Source of the DNA: Podarcis filfolensis
Taxonomy: Eukaryota
Assembly (NCBI GenBank): GCA_964270895.1
Contig: OZ185445.1
Strand: one strand, 5' to 3'
DNA length: 64,000 nt
How positions within the stretch are numbered: position 1 is the first letter of the stretch; the number at the start of each line of letters is the position of its first letter. The position numbers and the translations under genes are program-made. Shown here piece after piece: positions 1-11,620 of this stretch. The notes under the pieces are model-generated. The model did no database searches and was not told the origin of the DNA. It saw only the letters and a list, made by a program, of their open reading frames with translations.

Positions 1-1
1 A

Positions 2-244
<243 letters not shown>

Positions 245-548
245 TTAAGTTAAAAATAAATATTATAAGAAGGCTGAAGAACAGATTCAGGTGCGCAGTC
301 CTCATTTAAAAGCCCCTTAGTATTAACCTTAGATAGTAAATGTTGCTGCTTCAACAGTATGCCCAGCTGATTATCAGCCTTTGCAGTAATGCCTGCATCT
401 GCAAGTTGGAGTTCTCCCAATAAATCTCTCAAATGGAGTGTCAATGAATTAAGGGGCCTTGAATATGCTTTTTTTTGGGGGGGGAATGCACATACTTAGA
501 ACATAGGATAAAGTACAGAATGGAATGACCTTAGACATCTAGTTGCTA

Positions 549-748
549 NNNNNNNNNNNNNNNNNNNNNNNNNNNNNNNNNNNNNNNNNNNNNNNNNNNN
601 NNNNNNNNNNNNNNNNNNNNNNNNNNNNNNNNNNNNNNNNNNNNNNNNNNNNNNNNNNNNNNNNNNNNNNNNNNNNNNNNNNNNNNNNNNNNNNNNNNNN
701 NNNNNNNNNNNNNNNNNNNNNNNNNNNNNNNNNNNNNNNNNNNNNNNN
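549..748. other. Assembly gap, exactly 200 N, inside CHD1 intron
   Basis: Run of N from 549 to 748. The round length suggests a scaffolding placeholder. Confidence 0.99.
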
Positions 749-1223
749 ACAGCAGTTGACAGTGTCCACACTCTGCCTGTCTTGAAAGAGATGGATGTTC
801 CTCCCTTCCTCCTCTGACAAGCAGAAGAACGCCATAAACTCCCAGGAATGCAGTAAATTTGAAAGAGAAATAACAAACTTCTAGTATTCCACTCTGGTTC
901 AGCATCATTAAGTAATTTTCTGACTTGGTCCTGTTTCCATTTATACTATTTTTAATGGGAAAATAGCACTGCAGAAAGGTCTCCATCAATAATTATAAGT
1001 GACAATAGCTATTGGTCCTATGGCTCTGAATACCTGTTGGTGGAGAACATTAAAGGGTGAAGGCCATTGTTGTCAAGGGGCATCTAGTATGCCACTGTGG
1101 AAAATTGGATGGTGGCCTATTTTCAGCAGGTGCTCTCTTTACGTTTTTATAAGTATTATCACACCTACACATCCAATGGAAATGAGGTGTCCTTCAAATG
1201 GTTGTTTGAATAAAGTAGGGGTG

Positions 1224-1242
1224 CTCTCTCTCTCTCTCTCTC
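1224..1242. repeat. (CT)n microsatellite
   Basis: ctctctctctctctctctc. Confidence 0.9.
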
Positions 1243-2799
1243 GATCACCACAGCTTGCATTAGTAATGTTTATAAGTATCAGGTGGTCTGCAGAGTACTT
1301 GAGATAAGACTATTCCATTTATGATTTCCAATGATTTCCAAATACTAAATTGATTAACATTGAGTCTTGGAAACAATGATTTTCTTCAGGTCAAGGAGGG
1401 GGCTATTCTACTGATAAGCTCCCTAGGTCCGTTGATGCAAAGGTTTTATTTTATGTGTTTTTTAAGCTTTCACATCTGTAGCAGAATAATCTTTTCATTA
1501 CTATTTGCTACATCTCAACTTCTATTATTTCAGTATGTTTTTTCTAACTAGATGGATGTAATTTCCCTACTAAAACTTGATGTTAGTCATATACAATTTC
1601 TATATTGGCTAGGATCCATTATTATTCATCTGTTCCCAAGCTAGCTAAGGTGTTGATTTAATCAATTTGACCATACTACACAAGTGCCTCCAGATTGAAA
1701 TATCATTCCCCCCTCCCTCATTGGGGAGCTTTCAGTTTCCTGTTCACTTACTAATCAGTTAATAAAAAGCAATTATGTAAGTATCAGTTAAATTTGTAAG
1801 TGTTTCAGACAAACTAATTAGACATCATTGTGTTCATATTTGAGTATAAGATTGCATTCAGATGATCACATCTTGGCCTAGTAACAAAAAAACACATAGA
1901 CAATTTTTTCTTTCCTTCTCACAGGTTGGGAAATAAACCAGGAATTCTCAGGATCAGTTTTACTGCTGAACTGGAAAACTATGACTTCTAAAAAAGTCAA
2001 GATATAAAGTCACAGTTTAAAGTTAGTTTCATAACATGGCATATTTAGAAACCATTAACCTGTTGTGCCCAATTTGGATATAGTGAGAAACTATAGTTAA
2101 CTGAAACTTCCTGGCTTTTCATTTGCTCATGCAACATGAAATAGCTGAATGGGGAGGAACAGGTCTCATTCATATATCCTTTGAGATATGATCATCCAAA
2201 CAAGACAAGTATCTTGCTATATTTACTTCATACACTATTAGAAACAGTATTTTAACTTAGCATAGAATGGACTTTGTTGGAGCAATCATAATATCCAATC
2301 CTTAACTTTAATATGAAAACTCACGAGCTCCTCAATTGTCTCTAAAGCAGTATGTGCAATTTTGGTTCAAGTTTGTTCTGCTATTTTCAATAGGTGATAT
2401 TCAGTCAGTGCTCCCAGAACTGGTGTGTCAGAAGTGGTTAGCCACTCACTGAAAAAGAGACAATGTGATTTTTGCCAAGTCCACTCCCTAGGTAGCTCCT
2501 AATACCACCCTCAACATCAACTTGAGGTTCAGAACATTTTTTGGGGGTGCTGCTACTGCTAGGATGTTGGGAAGTGGAACAAAAATGGCCTCTCATCTTC
2601 CTTGAATGGACATATCCTATTGGATCAAAAGTCTTTGTACGTATACAAGGGGAACAAATGGATATTACACAAAGCCCCAATACAAATATGGCAATTTATC
2701 AAAGTTCTGCATTACAAAAATGAGTTATGGTAAGACTTAGGTCTGTGTACTTCCTTTGTGAATGTGGGATATTAAAGCTTTCACTTTTAATTTTTAATA

Positions 2800-3025
2800 C
2801 GGTGGTACCTCTGGTTAAGAACTTAATTCGTTCTGGAGGTCCATTCTTAACATGAAACTGTTCTTAACCTGAAGCACCACTTTAGCTAATGGGGCCTCCT
2901 GCTGCTGCCGCACCACCAGAGCACAATTTTTGTTCTCATCCTGAAGCAAAGTTCTTAACCTGAGGTACTATTCTGGGGTTAGCAGAGTCTGTAACCTGAA
3001 GTGTATGTAACCCGAGGTACCACTG
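2800..3025. mobile_element. Tc1/mariner-type MITE (family A)
   Basis: Termini CGGTGGTACCTC...GAGGTACCACTG, TA on both sides. The same element recurs six more times in the window. Confidence 0.9.
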
Positions 3026-3484
3026 TACATAAGTTTTCTGTGATATCCAAAATCAGGAAACTGGCTTCAAACAAGTTCAAACAAACTCGAATCTGAACTC
3101 ACAGAATCTGAACAAGTGTATTTTAACATGGATCTTTCAATCTCCTCCCCTTGCAAATGGAAAAGGGAGGAATATGTGAGGCCAAGATTTGCTGCAAATT
3201 GTTATTATCAATTTTTAAAAACAAACAAACACACAGCTTGATTGGAAAACAGGCCTTTGAAAATAAAAACATTTTAAAGTAACATTGTCTCAAATGAATA
3301 CGAAGTACGTACAACTAATGGTACCATTTCAGAAAATAGTAGAATCTATAATGTTACGATACATTTCAGTGTCGCACTGAAAGCAAAGAGCTAATGATTT
3401 TACATACTAACAGCTGCACCAACAAAATTAAGTCTCAAAAACCTCACGTTAAAAAACCTTTTGCTCATAAAAGCAGAACACCTA

Positions 3485-3988
3485 ATTATTATTATTATTA
3501 ATTTTATTTCTATACCGCCCTATACCTGAAGGTCTCATGGTGGTTCACATATAGGATCACATACATAAAATCAAAATACAAACAACCGGGAAAAACAACA
3601 ACCCTAAAAAGAGCCAGCATTTTAAAAAGGGTATAAGATGTAGATCAGGTCAGGCAAAGGCCTGGTTAAAAAGGAACGTTTTTGCCTGCCGCCTAAAGGT
3701 GTATAATGAAGGCGCCACGCAAACTTCCCTGGGGAGAGCATTCCACAGACGGGGAACCACTGCAGAAAAGGCCCATTCTCGTGTTGCCACCCTCCTGACC
3801 TCTCAAGGAGGAGGCACACGAAGAAGAGCCTCAGAAGATGATCTCAGGGTCCAGGTAGGTTTGTATGGAAAGAAGCGATCCTTGAGGTACTGTGGTCCTG
3901 AGCCATTTAAGGCTTTATAGGTCAAAACCAACACTTTGAATTGGGCCCGGAAACTAATTGGTACCAGTTGGACCAGGATCAAATGCAC
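3485..3988 (-). mobile_element. L2-type LINE 3' fragment
   Basis: Minus-strand peptide PISFRAQFKVLVLTYKALNGSGPQYLKDR...LRSSSEALLRVPP is typical of the C-terminus of L2 ORF2. Ends in an (AAT)n tail. Confidence 0.85.
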
Positions 3989-4871
3989 ATTAAATAAGTA
4001 GACCAACAGAGTCTACTTATTATTTTCAGTCTAAAAATTATGCCATGTTAATCTTTTAAGTTCAGAAAAGAACTTTTAAGTTCAAAATTATTTTCTGTAC
4101 ATGTATTGGCACTTTTCAATAATCCTTAATACAGATTTTACATTTATCCAATATTCACAAGCTAAGAATTTTTAACTCCCACAATATAACCTCTGTGACC
4201 AGATTTGACGCCTAAAGACCTTAAACTGACCTTTGAAGCCTAGCTTTATTGTTCTGCCTTGCAAAGAATCGAAGTACTACCAAACTAATAAAGCCTGTTC
4301 AATGTATTAGTTGAAAAAAGTACTCAGTGCTTCCCAGGCTCATCTGAAAATCAAATTGGTTGAATTCAAAGCAGTTTTGTAACTACAGATGTCACAGCTC
4401 ATTTGGATCATAGCAGTGTTGAGGCAAAAGGACAGTGTACCAAGAGAAAAAAAACACCCTGATTTATAATTTATAAATTAAGTTATAATTAAAACTGTCT
4501 CAGACAAAAGAACTAGAGACAGTAGGCTGCAATCTGTTGATTCCAGGGGAGACTTGAGAATCTAGAATCAGTTTTGAGAATATGCGCCATGACACCTAAA
4601 ACAGGCTCTACCCCAACAAACTATTTGTTGGAAAGGACACATTTACTTATTACTAGGGCTGTCAACCAATCAAGAAATTCTATTCTTTTGAATATAGTTT
4701 TACAATATGCTACTTTGATTAATCAAATGATTAGATCATTTACTAAACAATAAATTGAGATATCAAATACTACACCCAGATTTCACAATTTTTCATTATT
4801 TTAATTAAGCATACTTCTAAGGATCAGCGTGGCAAACCCAGCAGGGAAAAGGTAGTATCATCATGCTAACT

Positions 4872-5070
4872 GCTAATAATAATCACACACATTTATACCA
4901 TTCTTTAGTTTCTAGAGTGTTTCAAATACATACATACATATCAGACTATTCAAAAAGACAAGAAAACCCCATGAGGTAGGTTGTTGGTATTGCCCTGCTT
5001 TCACAAATGAGGATTAAGACAGAGGGACCATCTTATGAATTCATGACAGAAGAGACATTCAGATGGGAAC
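4872..5070 (-). mobile_element. Degraded MIR/CORE-like SINE
   Basis: aaccccatgaggtagg...tttcacaaatgagga resembles the CORE domain; (AAT)n tail. Heavily diverged. Confidence 0.4.
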
Positions 5071-6153
5071 ATGCATTTTAATGCTGTAAGCAAGAGTCAG
5101 AACCAGCAGCGGAGCATGCTTTAATAGCGCCCGGGGCGCACATGCGCTGGGGGGACGGGTGCAGGAGGCGGAAGGAGCTCACTGCGCACCAGACCAGCCC
5201 TTGCTGCCACTGGAGCAGCACCAGCCCTGAGCCGTTTGTGAGGCTGGAATGATCCCAGCCTCACAAAGCAGCGCAGGGCTGGCTTGGGGAGGGCGGTGTG
5301 AGCAGCAGCACCCCTCCCCTGAAAAAATGCACCCAGGTCAATCACTCCAGCAGCCCTCCCGCATGCTATGGCCCTGGTCAGAACCCATTTCCCCTCCCTC
5401 ATCCCTGAGTATATGCATCCTACATTCATTTTCTCATACAACCATATACCTCATGCTTTTCTAGTTTCCCCACCACTCCACAGACACTGTTCCAGCCTCC
5501 TCCTATCTCATTCCCTCAGCCTCCTGGCCTCTGTCTGCTAACTAGCCCTAGCCCACCTCTCTCCATGTCATCTTTCCTCCTGTCTTACACAGCTATAGTT
5601 AATCCTTGGGTATCTAATACACATTCTCAGTAGAATACAAATAGCTGAAAGAAACGGAAAGCATGGGGCTGAAGAGGTAGTGGCTGGCAATATCACAAAG
5701 CCTTCTCAGGCTGCCTTAAAGTGATTTTACTCAATGTAGTTCCCTGAGGGAAATAGACATTTTGGGAGGGTTTTGAAGGGGCACTTCCACAGCTGAGAAG
5801 TCAGATGCCACAAAGACACTCTATTGCATTCCACAACTTTCTGACCAAAACTTTCCCATGAATGCAACAAAGCTGTTAAGAACAGCAAGTAGACAGGCAG
5901 ACTTGATTATTCAGACATATAGAGAGCATCTTTATAAAAGATAAGAATGGCTTGATTACAAATTTATCTTGTTTCATATTAGCCTGCCAATGAGCATGAC
6001 CTGGGAATCTCTTTTATATTCCAATATGGAAAATATATGAATTATTCCACCAAATACACTTATAGAAAAGCATACTCAAACTAGCAAAATTCTTAAAACA
6101 GAACATAATCTGGCAACTTCATCTGCATCCCAAGCTGTATCCACATAAGCACA

Positions 6154-6359
6154 GATAGGTAGCCGTGTTGGTCTGCCACAGTCAAAACAAAAAATTTTTT
6201 TTCCTTCCAGTAGCACCTTAAAGACCAACTAAGTTAGTTCTTGGTATGAGCTTTCGTGTGTGTATCTGAAGAAGTGTGCATGCACACGAAAGCTCATACC
6301 AAGAACTAACTTAGTTGGTCTTTAAGGTGCTACTGGAAGGAAAAATTTTTTTTTGTTTT
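6154..6359. mobile_element. Penelope-like element remnant: inverted pLTR pair with 12-bp TSD
   Basis: Perfect 63-bp inverted repeat 6198-6260/6283-6345, flanked by cacataagcaca at 6142-6153 and 6360-6371. Contains a hammerhead core. Confidence 0.8.
6262..6299 (+). ncRNA. Minimal type I hammerhead ribozyme motif
   Basis: GUAU-CUGAAGA-A-GUGUGC(AU)GCACAC-GAA-AGCU-C-AUAC: stem I GUAU/AUAC, CUGAnGA box, stem II hairpin, GAAA box, loopless palindromic stem III AGCU, UH site UC. Predicted cleavage after C6295. Confidence 0.75.
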
Positions 6360-7235
6360 CACATAAGCACAATTATACTGCCTCTCATGCACTACTTCCA
6401 AGTCTCCAATATATTTCCAGATGTATTATGAGAAATGACAAACTACCAATCTGCAGTCTGCAGGAGATGAAGGCTGGGACGGAAAGCGGGAGCAATTCTG
6501 GGTAGCTTCTGCTCCACATTCCACCAGGCTGCAGAAACAGGCAATGCCAAACCTCACTAGTAACTGCATGCTGCTTCCACAACTAGTACTGATGGGGATC
6601 ACCTATCTACAAATCAAGCAACCATCTTTGTGACACAGCTGTCTGTGCCATAATAGCTAAGGCTCAAATGACAGCTGCCCTTGAGTTTCCATACTACAAT
6701 ATAAATGGAGGGTCGCATTATTTTTGTACCAAAACATTACCAAATACAGAATATTCATGGGAGTGTTAGGACAAAGGGAAACCTTGTAATTTTAATCTAC
6801 AAGAACCATGAAAATAACTGAGCTGTTCCTCACATTTTAAGTTCAGAGCGGTAGTAGGTTTGAGAGAAAAAAACAAACTACATCTTCCATACAACACAAT
6901 TTATGGAATTCACTGCTGAAATTTGGTGTGGTGGCCACTACCTGAGATGGCTTTAAAAGAGGATTAGATAGTCATGAAGTACAGGAATAAGCAGCAGTTG
7001 GCATCATGGTCTCACATGCTTATGAGAAACCCACAAGCAAGATATAAGCGCAACAGCATTCTTCTCACTTGCGTTCCCCAACAATTGGTATTCAGAGGCA
7101 TGCCATCAACATACGCTAAGCAGTGCATGCAGGTTCAGAGGCGCTATGCTACTGAATAGCAGTTACTGGGTTGTGGGGAGAGGACTATTCCTTTCATGTC
7201 CTACTGGTGGGTTTTCCAGAATAATTCACTACATA

Positions 7236-7450
7236 CAGTGGTACCTTGGGTTAAGAACTTAATTCATTCTGGGGGTCTGTTCTTAACCTGAAACTGTTCT
7301 TAACCTGAGGTACTACTTTAGCTAATGGGGCCTCCCGCTGCCACCGCGCAATTTCTGTTCTCATCCTGAAGCAAAGTTCTTAACCCGAGGTACTATTTCT
7401 GGGTTAGTGGCGTCTGTAACCTGAAGCATCTGTAACCTGAGGTACCACTG
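7236..7450. mobile_element. Tc1/mariner-type MITE (family A)
   Basis: TA|CAGTGGTACCTTGGGTT...GAGGTACCACTG|TA. Confidence 0.9.
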
Positions 7451-8753
7451 TATAGCCACACTGTGATCAGGATGCTAGATTAGAGCAGGGCTCCTCTTAC
7501 ATTCTCTAAAGCTTCCAATTTATAAACATGTAGTGTTTTTAACATACATGAACAAACAAACCTATCCATTTGTTTTTTGGAATCCCCTAAAGAACAAAAA
7601 GAGACACATTAAGTGGTCTTCTAAGACAGGCCTTCTTATCAGAGGCAAGTCCAATTTTACAGCTAGCTACTCAGCTAGGGAGTGTTCTGATATCTAGCTT
7701 GTGAGAACCACTGCTCAAGACACCCTACAGCACGTAAGATATGAACATACAAGGAAAACTACATGATATATACAATTCAATTCACTATAGTACAATTCAG
7801 TACAATTCAATATATACATTCTTAAGTTCCATTCAACAGTGTTTACTTGCAAATAAGATGGCATAGGATTGGATCCTTTATTTGCAAGACTGGGTAACAC
7901 ACAATTGTATATAAGTGTATATAAGAACTCCGCTGGACTGGGCCAAAGGCCTGTCCTCAGTGGCCAACCAAATGCCTATGGGAAGCTCACAAGGAGAATT
8001 TGAATACAACAGCAGCCTCCCCACCTGTGATTTCCAGTATTCAAATGCATACTGCCTGCAACACTGGAGAATAAACATAACCCTCACTGGTACAAGTCCC
8101 AAGACACTATGTGCTACTTCACATGGGTTTACTCTGAAATAAGGTTCAAATCTTAAGATGGTATAGAATTGGATTCAAGTTTATTTAACTAGGTAAGTAT
8201 GGAATACAGGAATTAGCTACTCCAGTTCCAGCACTCACTCTAGATGAAACCATTCCTTGGTTCCATTCAAATATGGAGGTGGTACTCCCTCCTCTCACCC
8301 CTAAAAACACAACACAAGGAGGACATAAAATGCCACTGAGACAGAAAGTGAGAAATGCAAGTGAGGAACATGATTCTGGAACAGGAATCTGTCTAAGATA
8401 TGGTCACAAAATGTATCCTATGGAGATCACTTAGTCCTGTGTAATCAGATACGTATGACAGGCTGGGCTAAGCACTCTATCTAAACCATTACGCATACTG
8501 TTGTTGCAAAGACATGCATATTTGAGTGTTAGTTAACCATATTCCATTACTGCCTGAGGCACACCATTAATGGATTCACTAGAATTGGGTCCTGAGCCTT
8601 GTACACACTCTTATTTCTAAGTAAATTCAATTAGTCCCTATTTGAAATAAGAATGCTTGGTCCGATACTTCAAAATAAACAATTTAATTATGGTAAACAC
8701 TTCACTTTCGCAAAAATGTAAGATTTACCAGAGACAAATCTTTAAGTACATAC

Positions 8754-8806
8754 CTTGATTCTCCACTACTGTTCCTTGCACTTTCTTCATCACTGTGCCC
8801 ATTCAT
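8754..8806 (-). CDS. CHD1: CHD1 first coding segment (start codon, 53 nt)
   Basis: ACA-ATG AAT GGG CAC AGT GAT GAA GAA AGT GCA AGG AAC AGT AGT GGA GAA TCA AG|gtatgt = MNGHSDEESARNSSGES. Phase-2 donor at 8753 is compatible with exon 35-236. Confidence 0.97.
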
Positions 8807-8953
8807 TGTAAATATTCACCAAAATAAAAATATAAATAAAGTTCTTCCAGTTTGGAAGCTGGATATGAAATGTCCACTTAAGAGAGTTGTCTTCCTCGCT
8901 CTTCAGATATTTCACATGTAACTTCAGCGGTTATTTGTTTTTCCCAAGTTACC
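8807..8953 (-). other. CHD1: CHD1 5' UTR part of the first coding exon
   Basis: Acceptor (U-rich tract + ag) at 8954-8965 gives a 200-nt exon 8754-8953. Contains an ATG-TGA at 8917-8912 and a U-rich tract before the start codon. Confidence 0.8.
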
Positions 8954-9065
8954 CTAAAAAATGAATACACAAATAATAAAGATGTGAAATGTTTACAAAT
9001 CTGTAATCTATTTGAGGATACTGCAGTAAACTAGCTGGATATGTGCAATTCATCAGATTCTTGAA

Positions 9066-9220
9066 TTATTTGTTACATTTATACCCCTGCATTCCCATCC
9101 CCCATCCATTTTCGAATTACACCAAACCCATGAGATAGTGACTGGCCCAATGTTGCTTTGTGGCTGAGTAGGGGATTTGAACCTGAGTCTCTCCAGTCCT
9201 AGTTTGACAGTGAACACTCA
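9066..9220 (-). mobile_element. Degraded MIR/CORE-like SINE
   Basis: ggggatttgaacctgagtctctccagtcc is a reverse B-box-like head; sequence is diverged. Confidence 0.4.
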
Positions 9221-9949
9221 TAATGGATTCTCTCAGTGATCTTTACCCTGTAAGTTCATACAGCAGAGTCAGTATTATTCTTCAGAGGCTAAGTAACTTA
9301 AACACTGGAAAACCCAATTTGATCCTTTTTGAAGCATTTTGACACTGATCTAATTAGCAGTGCCATTAGTGGCAGTGCCAAGGGAAAGCAAGGGAGCAGT
9401 GCTGGTGCAGGCTGGAACTTTTTTCTTCTGAAAGTAAAGCTGCAATCCTAAACCAACTCACTAGAGCATGTCCTATTATAACAATTCATCTGACTTCTGA
9501 GTAAACATAGATAGGACTGTGTTGTAAGCAACATGCATACATGAACCATTTTATAAATTTGCAGCACCAGTAAAATGCAGTTTGTTCACTCCCGTTAAGA
9601 TTAAAATCTCCTGTCTGCTTACTTGAGAACTGAAACTGCAAAACATAGGTAAGACTGATTTATAACAAAACTGTTTTCCTGACCCACAGCAAATGTACAA
9701 ATCACAGATCCCAACTATGATTTCTATGGCATTGCCCCTTTCAAAATCCTATACTAAGGCCAGCTCTGTTAAGTAGCTGGAATTACTTTTGTGCTGCTAA
9801 TTCTTACTGCCACCAGCACAAGAGTAATTTCTAGCTACTTAGAAAGTGAGCGTCCTTTGGACACCATACAAGCTAACAGGGAATATCACAGCAGCAAATA
9901 TCATCCACTTGGTCTCAATCAACCCAGTTATATATATATTTATTTAAGG

Positions 9950-11620
9950 GAATCCAAGCAAAAGGCGGGGCCACTGATCAGAGCAGCAGGAAGGCACCGC
10001 ACCGAGTCCCTGATAGCCAGCCTGTCAGCCAATGAGCAGCGGGCCTCGTGGATTTAGTGGGTGCCAAAACAAATGGGCTTTCTCCCCTCCCTCCGGTTCC
10101 CCCCTTATCGCGGCGGGTGTCTCCTGCTGCTCCTCGCGGGGCGCCTTTCCCACTATTACTGCCGCCGCCGCTTCTTTTTTAGGCCGGCCGCGGTCCTCCC
10201 GCCTTTCCCCTCCTCGCCCCGCTTGCGAAAGCCTCGCTGCGTCCTGCATAACCGCCTCTCCTCGGCCGCCTGGTAAACAAAGGGAGATGGCGGGGGAAGC
10301 CGGAGGAGGGGGAAAAAGACAACCAGCAGCAGCACCGCGGTCGGCTCCTGCGAGCCTCTATATGGGGGTGGAGGGCGGGGGCTGAGAGCGAGAAAGCGAA
10401 GGCGGCCGGACAAACGGACCGGCCTGAGGCGCAGCGGCTGAACAAAAGCGGCGTTTCTCCCCCTCAGCTCACCCGCTTTCCACACAGAACCGAGCAAAAC
10501 CGCCTGGGCCGGGCCCTTTCCTTCCTTCCTTCCTCCCTCAAGCCGGAGCCTCGGCTCCCAACTCCCTTCTAGCTGGCTGGCTCCCTCCCTCTCCGCCCTT
10601 CCATTGCCCCACCGCGGCCTACACAAGGCGCCCAAGCCGGGTATGGCGTGCCTCTCTCCGATCCCCACAGCCTGCCCTCCTCCTTCGCTCTCCGTCGGGC
10701 CGCACTTACCGCCAGGCCTGCCTGGGCCTCTCCTGAGGAGCCAGCGAGGGGGAGAGCGCTGCAGCCGGGCCTCGAGGAAGGAAGGAAGGAAGGAGCGCTC
10801 CGGGGCCTGCCGGGATCTCTTCCCTCTCTCCTCTTCCCTCTGCCGCTTCTCTGGCCCTCCCTCTTGGCCTACCCGAAAAAAAAAGAGGAGGACGGGAGGG
10901 AGGGAGAAGCAGCGCGAGCCCCCTCAGAAACAGAGAGAAGCGGTTTAATAGGGAAGAGCGCGGCGGGAGGGAAGAGAACGGGTTAAAAAAAACCACCCCG
11001 AGGTGAGCGGGCGCGCGACGCCGTTGCTTTAAGTCCTCCCGGCCGCCGCCGCCATCACGCTGCCGCAGCCGCTCCGTACAGCGTCCTCCTCCTCCTCTTT
11101 CCTTCACCCCCCTCCCCTCCCCTCGTCCGATGGAAACCCCGGGCGTGATGTCAGCCCTGGGACAGAGCGGGAAGGGGAGGGAGGAGTCACGGGCGGCGCG
11201 GCTCGCGCAGGACGACGGCGGCGACGTCGGCGGCCGCGAGGAGGCAGGAGGAGGGAGGGAGGAGGAGAAGAGGAGGGCCGCGCCAGGCCTGCCGGGAGGG
11301 AAGAAAGTGGGGAGCCTGTGGCGCGCGTGGAGTGGTCACGAGGGGTCTGTGGGAATTGCGGCTCGTGGGGTGAGGGAGGGCGCCGTCAGTGGCTCCGCTT
11401 TATAAACCCACTTCGCTTTTGCTGCCCGCGTGTGTAAATCCTCTTCTCCATAGGAGCCGACTCCTAGGGGCCGAGGGGGTCTTCACCCCACCAATCAAAT
11501 TTTTTAAGGGGGTGAGCCCCTCCATCCCCACTTGATGGGCATTGCCATTCACATAGTGTGTGTGCAGCGCGTCATGTGATGGATTATGTGGGGCGGGGCT
11601 TACCTGGGAGCCCCCCCTCC
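9950..11620. promoter_or_regulatory. CHD1: CpG island / CHD1 promoter
   Basis: Abrupt rise in GC and CpG content. GC boxes (9966, 11590), CCAAT (10028, 11488), E-box-like gtcatgtga (11571), ATGGCG YY1-like sites, (GGAA)4 at 10776. Confidence 0.92.
10710..11100 (-). other. CHD1: Probable non-coding first exon of CHD1 (5' limit uncertain)
   Basis: Consensus donor GCG|gtaagt at 10709 inside the CpG island. The TSS is not determinable from sequence alone. Confidence 0.5.

Noticed and set aside
496-989. ORFs containing long X runs
   Set aside because: Artefacts of translating through the N gap.
10025-11405. Many overlapping 70-170-aa ORFs
   Set aside because: Expected in GC-rich CpG-island DNA with few stop codons; low-complexity Arg/Gly/Pro content and no recognisable domain.
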